Source of the DNA: an uncultured Candidatus Peribacteria bacterium
GTDB taxonomy: Bacteria > Patescibacteriota > Gracilibacteria > Peribacterales > Peribacteraceae
Direction: 5' to 3'
Length of the DNA stretch: 64,000 nucleotides
NCBI GenBank assembly: GCA_964517585.1
Contig: CAZFCB010000001.1
Coordinates: 1,891 to 65,890 of the forward strand
Numbering within the stretch: the stretch's first letter is position 1; every line of letters starts with the position of its first letter. Position numbers and translations under genes: made by a program. A model generated the notes under the pieces. The model did no database searches and was not told where the DNA came from. It saw only the letters and a program-made list of their open reading frames with translations. Below are positions 19,784 through 27,380 of this stretch, piece by piece.

Positions 19784-20503
19784 ATGAAACATGACATCAT
19801 CATGCGCCCGTCATACTCCGCGCTCCGCGTTGTCCTCGGTAACGGCGAATTGATCCACGCAGAATCTGGAACGATGCTCGCAATGGACGCCTCAGCAACA
19901 ATAGAAGGCAAGATGAAGGGTGGCATGTGGAAAGCTGCGAAACGTGCGATCCTCACGAGTGAAAGCTTCTTCGTCACAACGATCACCGCACAAGAGAATG
20001 AGACGGAAGTCATGCTAGCGCCACGCGCCACTGGCGACATCGAAGCGATAGAAATGAACGGCGAAGAGTACCTCGTACAAGGAGGATCATTCCTCGCATC
20101 GACTGGTGACATTGAGACTGACAGCAAATTTACAGGCTTCCGTGGATTTCTAAGCGGTGAAGGCATCTTCATGATCCAAACAAAAGGAAAAGGAACGATG
20201 TTCGTGAGTTCCTTCGGAGGCATTGTCAAAAAAGAAATTGCAGCAGGCAAAGAATTCATCGTCGATAACGGCCACATCGTGGCATTTCCAAAAAATGTAG
20301 AGTATCGCATGGCAAAAGTAGGAGAAGGCATGATGAACATGGTGACGACTGGAGAAGGGCTGGTCTGCATTTTTACAGGCCCTGGCACCGTATATTTGCA
20401 AACGAGAAATTTGCGGTCATTTGCAGAAAACCTCAATCCATTTTTGCCTCAACGCGGCAAATCGCAGGGTATGGGACTGCTCGGCAACGTTTTCGGAAGC
20501 TAA
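19784..20503 (+). CDS. AIM24/TIGR00266 (DUF124) family protein
   Basis: GELIHAESGTMLAMD .. GEGLVCIFTGPGTVYLQTRNL matches the family signature. The track ORF starts at a TTG at 19748. Confidence 0.8.
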   Translation: MKHDIIMRPSYSALRVVLGNGELIHAESGTMLAMDASATIEGKMKGGMWKAAKRAILTSESFFVTTITAQENETEVMLAPRATGDIEAIEMNGEEYLVQGGSFLASTGDIETDSKFTGFRGFLSGEGIFMIQTKGKGTMFVSSFGGIVKKEIAAGKEFIVDNGHIVAFPKNVEYRMAKVGEGMMNMVTTGEGLVCIFTGPGTVYLQTRNLRSFAENLNPFLPQRGKSQGMGLLGNVFGS

Positions 20504-23500
20504 AGACCTTGTTTCTGACAACGGGAGTTGATGAGCTCCGCAGTAACTGAAGCTCCGATAATGATGGCTCCCGACAAAACCAAGAGCAACGTAGGCTGCA
20601 CAGAACGTATCACGAACGCCTCGATGATGAACGTAATGAAGACAGAGAGATTGAACATCATGTGTGCCAGATAACCGTCAATGCGCTTGAATGCGGCGTA
20701 GTTGCACATCTGGCCAACACCTTCGAAAAGCCCGATACCGAGTCCGAGTAAGACTGCCTTCATCGTGAGACTACCAAAAATAGGCCATTGAAAGATGGCA
20801 GCCAAAATAATAATTGGCGACACGAAAAGAAGAAGATAGAAAAAGACATGCATGTTCAGAACCGCCGGATCTGTGGATGCAAAATTCTTAATGTACTGGA
20901 TTTGCGCAACAACGAGGATGACGTCAAAGAGCGCTGCTATGAACGCCAGCAAATCACCGAGCACGCTTGTGGCACTACTAGCACTGCTACTGAATACCAA
21001 CAGCGAACTACCGAGCCCAGCTGTGACCGCAAGAAGAAAAATCCACAGCATTGTCCTTGGTTGCCTCAAGTACGGAATCTCTTTCCTCCAGAAAGCCGCA
21101 GCAACGAGTAAACCAAGGAGCGGCGCAAAATTATTGAAGAGAAGCAGATTCGTGCCCGTTGTATGCACAAGACTCGCGTTCTTGAGGTACATGAACCCAA
21201 TTTGTCCGACGACGAGGCAGAGAAAAAACTTTTCGTGCGGAATGTTCATGCGTTGCACAAGAGTCACCTTGCTTCGTTTGCCGAGTACTTGTCGAAAGAG
21301 CAGAACAACAGTGGATACGGACAAAACGCCAAAACCGAGAAGAAATATCCTCATGAATGGCGATAGCATGTTGGCATCGGTATAGCGAATGTAGATCGGC
21401 TCTACGCCCCAGATAATGACGGCAATTGTACGAATGAGATATCCAGCAAACTTTCGACGCTTCAGTTTCACCCATGCCTGATCGGACATAGGCTTCGTCT
21501 TATATCCGAATGGCGCAAAAAGTGCATCTGCTTCAAAAAATCGATACCCCATATAGACAAGTGACAGCACAAAAATACTTATGAGAGGGAGTAAACTTGC
21601 TGTTTCTTCGCTGATGAGAAGAATGCGTACAATCAAGAGCAAAAGACCAGCGATATTCAGAAGCATTCCTATCCCGAAATACCATAGTTCAGATCGCATT
21701 CGAACAATGTAATTTCTAAGAAGTCTCAGAAGATAATAGTTCAAAATAAATATCGGCAGTAACGGCAGAGCTTGAATGATGATACGAGGAAAGAATGAAA
21801 GAGATATGAGAGCTTGTTGATATGTCGAGAAGAACACAAGATCGAGAGCGACAAATCCAGATGCAACAATAAACGCTGCTATAAGGAATAGCTTTTGCTT
21901 GCGGGGAATAAGGCTACGAAGTGATGAAATCCATTCTTGACGCTCTAAATGCTCAACGAAATCTGCAAACTGAAGTCGGTCTTGGCAGTGACCGCTTACA
22001 AAAATATCCGACATCCGTTGAGAAGCATGTGACTGAACACTGATGTGTTCTATGTGAACATCGTTTTGCCGAATAATACCGTCGAGCTGTGACAGTACAT
22101 CTTGGTTTGACTGCTCCCCTGCTGCAATATGCAGCTGAAAAGAATATTTTCCTGACGATGGAAGCAATCGATTTTTTTTATCTGGATATATGTAAAAAAC
22201 AACATCGCGTGCTCGTATCACTCCCTCCCCAACCATCGACAGCACTTGATCAAATGTCTCTCGTCGGAAATTTTTTGCCACACTGTGACATTGGGCATGA
22301 GAGAGTCCTGAGAGTAAGCCTTTGTTGTAGTGATCAAGCTCTTTTTGGAGCAGCAATGCCCCAAGAGCAATTTTTTCAGACTTTTCATTTTTTTTAAGAA
22401 CATCAACAATGTGAAACCGTGCATGTCTGGTCGATACCATCTGCAGCCAGTCAAATGTGGCATGCTCGTGCTTGGGATCGAGCGTGACGTGTACTTCGTC
22501 GTCTTCTTTCAAAACCTCTGAATACGGAACCGGACGCCCATTGACCGTAATAGCACTCGTATTACCAGCGCCACTATTATGAAGTGAGTATGCCGCGTCG
22601 AGTGCTGTGGAACCTTTCGGGATCGATATACGTTTACGATCGATAGTGACGGAAATCGTCTCTTTGAGAATATCGGATTCCAATGCCTCCCAAAACGCTG
22701 TGCTCGAATCACGAGTACTAAGATCGAGCGACTCAGAACGTTCAAGCCAACGAAAACTTTGGAGTTTTGGAGCGGCTGGATCGAAGAGTGGCAATGCAAT
22801 ACCCGTCATGGCCTGTTCGTACATCTCAGGTGTACGTATTCGCACTTCGATGACGGAACCATCCTCCAGAGAAACAAATGTATGAAGACTCTGGTATCCA
22901 GCGTCACTCGGTGCTGCGATGAAATCTCTAAACTGGCCACTCACAGGACGATAGAGTGTATGGAGTGTCTTCAGGAGTTGATAACAATCATCTTCCGTCC
23001 GCACGATGACACTTACGGAAAAAGCATCCTGCAACAAAGGGCTTCCACCACGTTCCTGCATACGATCATGGAAAATAAAGAGGTTACGGGGAAACATTGT
23101 CACGGAGATCAAGCCATACGACTCTGAGTATTTCCGAAGGTCGCGCTCCACAGATTCCGTCAGAGGAAGTGCTGCATGACACATAGCATCGCGTCTCGCT
23201 TTCTCCGCAAGCCCACTATCAAATGCGTGCGGAACGCACAGCTCAGCAAAAATACGACGAACATTCCTGAGTCCCAAGTGAAACGCGATTTTGTAGTACA
23301 CAGAGAGTGTCTCGATGGCGAATCGACGGCGTCTCTCTGGAGTCGGCAGCGAATCAATAGTCTGAACATTGTGGAGCCTATCCGCCAGCTTGATGAGAAT
23401 ACTACGCACATCAAAACGCATGACATCGAAGAGTTTGCGCAGTGTTTCGATCTTACGATCGAGCGGAAGATCTGGGCTCAAGTCCGCCTGAGAAAACTTT

Positions 23501-23805
23501 GTAATCCCTTCTACGAGCATCGCAACTTTTCGTCCAAATTTCACGGCAATTTCCTCACGATGAACAGGTGTATCTTCGAGAACATCGTGAAGTAGTGCGG
23601 CAATAACCGTGTCTCTGTCTGCCTTCCAACCTGCAACGATTTCAGCAACATGAATGACGTGTGTCACGTACGGCGTGCCATCTTCGCGCTTTTGGGATGC
23701 ATGCGCTTCTACAGCAAAATTAAACGCGGCATGGACATCGGTGATATCCCCCGGAGACAGGTGTTTCAGTAGGGCCGCAAGATGACGGAAGTCAAGATGT
23801 TGCAT
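20500..23805 (-). CDS. RelA/SpoT homologue (HD, synthetase-like, TGS) fused to a C-terminal ~14-TM region ending in an EamA/DMT-type domain
   Basis: HD hydrolase motif LLHDVLEDT. Synthetase-like RDFIAAPSDAGYQSLHT .. EVRIRT. TGS-like ISIPKGSTALDAAY..ITVNGRPVPYSEVLKEDDEVHV. From about residue 637 (nt 20503-21897) the sequence is continuous TM helices with EamA-like repeats. Confidence 0.8.
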   Translation of the reverse strand: MQHLDFRHLAALLKHLSPGDITDVHAAFNFAVEAHASQKREDGTPYVTHVIHVAEIVAGWKADRDTVIAALLHDVLEDTPVHREEIAVKFGRKVAMLVEGITKFSQADLSPDLPLDRKIETLRKLFDVMRFDVRSILIKLADRLHNVQTIDSLPTPERRRRFAIETLSVYYKIAFHLGLRNVRRIFAELCVPHAFDSGLAEKARRDAMCHAALPLTESVERDLRKYSESYGLISVTMFPRNLFIFHDRMQERGGSPLLQDAFSVSVIVRTEDDCYQLLKTLHTLYRPVSGQFRDFIAAPSDAGYQSLHTFVSLEDGSVIEVRIRTPEMYEQAMTGIALPLFDPAAPKLQSFRWLERSESLDLSTRDSSTAFWEALESDILKETISVTIDRKRISIPKGSTALDAAYSLHNSGAGNTSAITVNGRPVPYSEVLKEDDEVHVTLDPKHEHATFDWLQMVSTRHARFHIVDVLKKNEKSEKIALGALLLQKELDHYNKGLLSGLSHAQCHSVAKNFRRETFDQVLSMVGEGVIRARDVVFYIYPDKKNRLLPSSGKYSFQLHIAAGEQSNQDVLSQLDGIIRQNDVHIEHISVQSHASQRMSDIFVSGHCQDRLQFADFVEHLERQEWISSLRSLIPRKQKLFLIAAFIVASGFVALDLVFFSTYQQALISLSFFPRIIIQALPLLPIFILNYYLLRLLRNYIVRMRSELWYFGIGMLLNIAGLLLLIVRILLISEETASLLPLISIFVLSLVYMGYRFFEADALFAPFGYKTKPMSDQAWVKLKRRKFAGYLIRTIAVIIWGVEPIYIRYTDANMLSPFMRIFLLGFGVLSVSTVVLLFRQVLGKRSKVTLVQRMNIPHEKFFLCLVVGQIGFMYLKNASLVHTTGTNLLLFNNFAPLLGLLVAAAFWRKEIPYLRQPRTMLWIFLLAVTAGLGSSLLVFSSSASSATSVLGDLLAFIAALFDVILVVAQIQYIKNFASTDPAVLNMHVFFYLLLFVSPIIILAAIFQWPIFGSLTMKAVLLGLGIGLFEGVGQMCNYAAFKRIDGYLAHMMFNLSVFITFIIEAFVIRSVQPTLLLVLSGAIIIGASVTAELINSRCQKQGL

Positions 23806-23848
23806 GCCTCACGCCGAGTATAAACCACCTCCGCTGAAACGATGCACG

Positions 23849-23879
23849 AAAAAACCCCACAACACCGAAGTGTGTGAGG
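23849..23879 (-). terminator. intrinsic terminator between the mini-ORF and the RSH fusion gene
   Basis: Minus strand reads CCTCACACAC-TTCG-GTGTTGTGGGG followed by TTTTTT. cUUCGg tetraloop, one G-U pair and one bulge. Confidence 0.6.
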
Positions 23880-23904
23880 TTATTTCGTTAGTTGTGCTGG
23901 GCAA

Positions 23905-23937
23905 TTAGTTGCCGCAGCTGCATCCGCCTCCAAACAT
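23905..23937 (-). CDS. candidate 10-codon leader/mini-ORF (MFGGGCSCGN)
   Basis: ATG TTT GGA GGC GGA TGC AGC TGC GGC AAC TAA, about 30 nt downstream of a consensus promoter and about 25 nt upstream of the terminator. No SD, as for most genes here. Confidence 0.2.
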   Translation of the reverse strand: MFGGGCSCGN

Positions 23938-23967
23938 GGGAATTAGGGGAATGAATAGAACACGGTC

Positions 23968-23997
23968 ATTATAGTTTAGTACTAAACTAATTGTCAA
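23968..23997 (-). promoter_or_regulatory. consensus sigma70-type promoter (TTGACA, 18-nt spacer, TATAAT)
   Basis: Minus strand reads TTGACAattagtttagtactaaacTATAAT. Both hexamers are perfect. Confidence 0.6.
23972..23989. promoter_or_regulatory. perfect 18-bp palindrome (candidate operator) inside the promoter spacer
   Basis: TAGTTTAGT|ACTAAACTA is a perfect inverted repeat. It fills the spacer and touches the -10 box. Confidence 0.45.
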
Positions 23998-24119
23998 CGG
24001 TATTTTTACAGATTCTCAGCGTGCCCTTCCAGGGCGCGATCCTGCCAAAGAGAAACGAATTGCAGACCGTTATCGCGGCCGGGATGGCCGCACTGATCTG
24101 AAACGTAACGATGGAAGGA

Positions 24120-25049
24120 TCAAAGAACTTTCAGTCTCCCTTTCGCCGATGCGACATCTTTATAGCCTTTCTTTTTCAAAATATCGGCGAGTTCCTGATT
24201 AATCCGCCCAAAACACGCAGGTCCTTCTTTCATGAACTGTGTTCCAATCTGCACAGCGTCGGCACCACAGAGGAGGAATTCGAAAGCATCCATACCAGAT
24301 TTGATTCCACCAACGCCGATAATCGACATTCTGTCACCGAGTAGCTGACTGAACGCACGAACATTTGCTAGCGCAACAGGTTTGACATAATCGCCACCAA
24401 GACCGCCAAAACCCCCCTTTGGCTTGATAATCGGACTTTCCGATTCTCCGTCGACAATGAGTGTATTACCGATCGAATTGATGCAAATCAAAGCACCGAT
24501 TGGGTATTTCTTAAAAACCGCAGCTGCAAGTTCCCAATGGACTGAGTCAAAATACGGTGGAATTTTGAGGCCAAATGGCTTCTTAATCATTGGAACTAAT
24601 TCATGGAGCAGCTTGTCAGTCATCTCAAAATCGTAGCCAATCTGCGGCTTACCCTTGAGGTTTGGACATGAAAAATTCAATTCGAGAAAATCAGCATCAG
24701 TCTTATTAAATGCGTCGATCAGTGTTGGAAACTCTGAGGTTTGCAATACGCCAAGACTTGCAATAATCGGTTTATGAAAGGCTTTTAATTTTGGAATGAT
24801 GTTGACGTATTCTAGGTAACCGAGATTCGGATACCCCATACTGTTGATGGAGCCAAGTGGAACCTGAGCGTAGCGCGGTTCTTCATTGCCCTCGCGAAAT
24901 GCAAGCGTGCACGTCTTGATTGTGATCGCAGCAGAGCCAGACGCTCCGATCACTTGCAGCTCTTCCAGCGTCACATCTTTTGGCCCAGAGGCATTGAAAA
25001 CGTATGAAGGCAACTCTACCCCTGCGATCTGCGTCTTCGTGGTGCTCAT
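24120..25049 (-). CDS. pyrD: dihydroorotate dehydrogenase (class 1)
   Basis: FNASGP, GGLGGDYVKPVALANV, IIGVGGI. The track ORF extends to 25067. Confidence 0.88.
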   Translation of the reverse strand: MSTTKTQIAGVELPSYVFNASGPKDVTLEELQVIGASGSAAITIKTCTLAFREGNEEPRYAQVPLGSINSMGYPNLGYLEYVNIIPKLKAFHKPIIASLGVLQTSEFPTLIDAFNKTDADFLELNFSCPNLKGKPQIGYDFEMTDKLLHELVPMIKKPFGLKIPPYFDSVHWELAAAVFKKYPIGALICINSIGNTLIVDGESESPIIKPKGGFGGLGGDYVKPVALANVRAFSQLLGDRMSIIGVGGIKSGMDAFEFLLCGADAVQIGTQFMKEGPACFGRINQELADILKKKGYKDVASAKGRLKVL

Positions 25050-25090
25050 CAAAACACATCCTACCAAAGCTACCCGCTACCCGCTACTAC

Positions 25091-26731
25091 TCACATATTT
25101 CCAACTGCTTCCTTCATAAACGCTCGAAACAAAGGATGCGGCCTATGAGGTCTGCTTTTAAATTCCGGATGGAACTGGCTACCGACCATGAACGGATGAT
25201 CCTTGATTTCGACGATCTCCATGAGTCCTGTTGCTGGCCATTCGCCAGAGAACACAAGTCCTTTCGCTTCAAGCCGTTCGCGAAAATCATTGTTAAATTC
25301 ATAACGATGTCTGTGGCGCTCAACAATTTCAGGTGTGCCATACGCAGCGTACGCCTTCGTCCCCTTTTTCAACTGACACTTATACTGTCCCAATCGGAGT
25401 GTACCTCCCATACTGCGTCCTTTGTGTTGATCCGGGAGAAAATGAACGACGTACTTGTCATGTCCCAGTTTTTCTTTCTCATCAAATTCCTGACTCGTGA
25501 GTGCAGGATCTTTCAGCATTGTTCGAGCAAATTCAATAACGAGAAGTTGTGAACCAAGACAGAGTCCAAGATACGGCGTTTTGCTTGTCCGTGCATAGCC
25601 AGCCGCGAGTATTTTCCCTTCAATACCACGTGTTCCAAATCCTCCTGGGACGATGATTCCTGCGCATGACTTCAATTGTTTCCAGGTCGTTGTATCTTTC
25701 TTCTCAAGTTTCTCACTATCGACCCACACGACTTCAGCTTTCCTGCTGTGAAGCACTGCTGCAGATTTGATCGATTCAATGACCGAAAGATAGGCGTCAT
25801 CAAGATCTGTGTACTTTCCGACCAGTGCAATTTTGATTGGTTTTTCAGCATTCTCATACCGTTTTTTTCCTTCTTCCCATTCCTTCATATTTGGCCGCAG
25901 ATTTCCGAGTCCTAACTTCCGACCGATGACAGATGCGATGTTATAGTGCTGAAGATTGAGAGGAACATCGTAAATCGATTTTACTGTTTGAGCAGGAATA
26001 ACTGCCTCTCGCGGAACGTCGCAAAAGCGACTAATTTTATCAAGAAGTTCTGTAGGGATGGCGTAATCCGCACGCGCGAGGATGATGTCGGGCTGCAAGC
26101 CAATCCGGCGCAACTCTCGCACTGACAACTGCGTTGGTTTTGTCTTGAGTTCCTTGGAACCAGCTAAATATGGCAGGAGTGTGAGATGGACATGAAAAAT
26201 GGTATCCGATCCAAGGTCGGAACGCATCTGACGAATAGCCTCAAGAAAAGGTTCACCTTCAATGTCGCCGACGGTACCGCCAACCTCAATCATCATGATA
26301 TCTGCCTTGCTCTCTTTTGCAGCCTTCTTCATCCAGTCCTTGATTGCATTCGTAATATGGGGGACAACCTGAATTGTTCCTCCGAGGAAATCTCCTTTTC
26401 GCTCGCGAGCCAGTACTTCTGTATAAATGCGTCCCGTTGTCACGGTACTCAGACGACTCATCGGCTCATCGATAAATCGCTCGTAATGGCCAAGATCAAG
26501 GTCCGTCTCTGCGCCATCATCGGTGACAAACACTTCTCCATGCTGAAATGGACTCATCGTTCCAGGGTCGACATTGAGGTATGGATCAAGCTTCTGCACA
26601 AAAACTTTAAAGCCGCACGCCTTCAGAATAGCGCCAATAGAAGCCGTAGCGATACCTTTCCCGAGCGAGGAACAAATGCCTCCGGTCACGATGATGTACT
26701 TTGTACCTTTCTTTAACTTCTTTGTAGGCAT
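25091..26731 (-). CDS. pyrG: CTP synthase
   Basis: KYIIVTGGICSSLGKGI at the N-terminus, GATase domain GLCLGSQ, HRHRYEFN. 546 aa. Confidence 0.95.
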   Translation of the reverse strand: MPTKKLKKGTKYIIVTGGICSSLGKGIATASIGAILKACGFKVFVQKLDPYLNVDPGTMSPFQHGEVFVTDDGAETDLDLGHYERFIDEPMSRLSTVTTGRIYTEVLARERKGDFLGGTIQVVPHITNAIKDWMKKAAKESKADIMMIEVGGTVGDIEGEPFLEAIRQMRSDLGSDTIFHVHLTLLPYLAGSKELKTKPTQLSVRELRRIGLQPDIILARADYAIPTELLDKISRFCDVPREAVIPAQTVKSIYDVPLNLQHYNIASVIGRKLGLGNLRPNMKEWEEGKKRYENAEKPIKIALVGKYTDLDDAYLSVIESIKSAAVLHSRKAEVVWVDSEKLEKKDTTTWKQLKSCAGIIVPGGFGTRGIEGKILAAGYARTSKTPYLGLCLGSQLLVIEFARTMLKDPALTSQEFDEKEKLGHDKYVVHFLPDQHKGRSMGGTLRLGQYKCQLKKGTKAYAAYGTPEIVERHRHRYEFNNDFRERLEAKGLVFSGEWPATGLMEIVEIKDHPFMVGSQFHPEFKSRPHRPHPLFRAFMKEAVGNM

Positions 26732-26845
26732 AGGAGAAATGAGGGGGAATCTTTTTGGGAGAACCCTCTTCTACAAATATCACGAGCCCGCCGAAGATTC
26801 TACCGAGCTTGCGCTAGAAGGCAAATGAATTAAGGATTTTTTTAT

Positions 26846-26872
26846 AAAAAGCCCCAGAAAGCAGGGCTTTTT
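26846..26872 (-). terminator. intrinsic terminator after the ytxH-like gene (symmetric A/T flanks)
   Basis: AAAAAGCCC cagaaagca GGGCTTTTT. Confidence 0.6.
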
Positions 26873-26883
26873 CCGTGAGTCGA

Positions 26884-27258
26884 TCACGAGCCTTTCTTTG
26901 TCTTCGTGGCAGCCTTGCGAACGGTATGCACTGACTTTCGGACACTACCAACGGCACGCTTTGCCTCCTTCACCTTCGCACCAAGAAACTTCTGCACCTC
27001 ATCCTTTGCCGAACTGTAGTAATCATGAACATATTGTTTGCCGTCTGCAATTCGATCATCGATTCCATGCTGTTCTGCAAGCTGGCGAACCTCCTTCGCA
27101 ACGATCTGACCATCGTTCGAAAGGTGTTTACCAAGAATTTTCGCAGCTTCACTAGAATCTTTCGCGTCGATCATTTCGCTCCGAAGCTTTTTATTGCTCA
27201 GAACGTATCCAGCCATAGCGCCACCAATTGTACCGAGGAGAAACGTGAGTTTTTTCAT
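26884..27258 (-). CDS. YtxH-like small membrane-anchored protein
   Basis: MKKLTFLLGTIGGAMAGYVL followed by a helical Lys/Glu-rich region. Confidence 0.55.
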   Translation of the reverse strand: MKKLTFLLGTIGGAMAGYVLSNKKLRSEMIDAKDSSEAAKILGKHLSNDGQIVAKEVRQLAEQHGIDDRIADGKQYVHDYYSSAKDEVQKFLGAKVKEAKRAVGSVRKSVHTVRKAATKTKKGS

Positions 27259-27380
27259 AAAGATATTGTTGGGAAGTGGATCCGAATACTACCACAAATC
27301 CACTGCATGTGTCATCAGATCTACACCATAAAATCAGGGCATTTGTACAACGATATCCTCAAACAACATCTACTGATAAT

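Noticed and set aside
20500-20503. Four-nt overlap of the convergent stop codons of the AIM24-family gene and the RSH fusion gene.
   Set aside because: It is real but probably just reflects genome compaction. There is no structure or motif at the junction.
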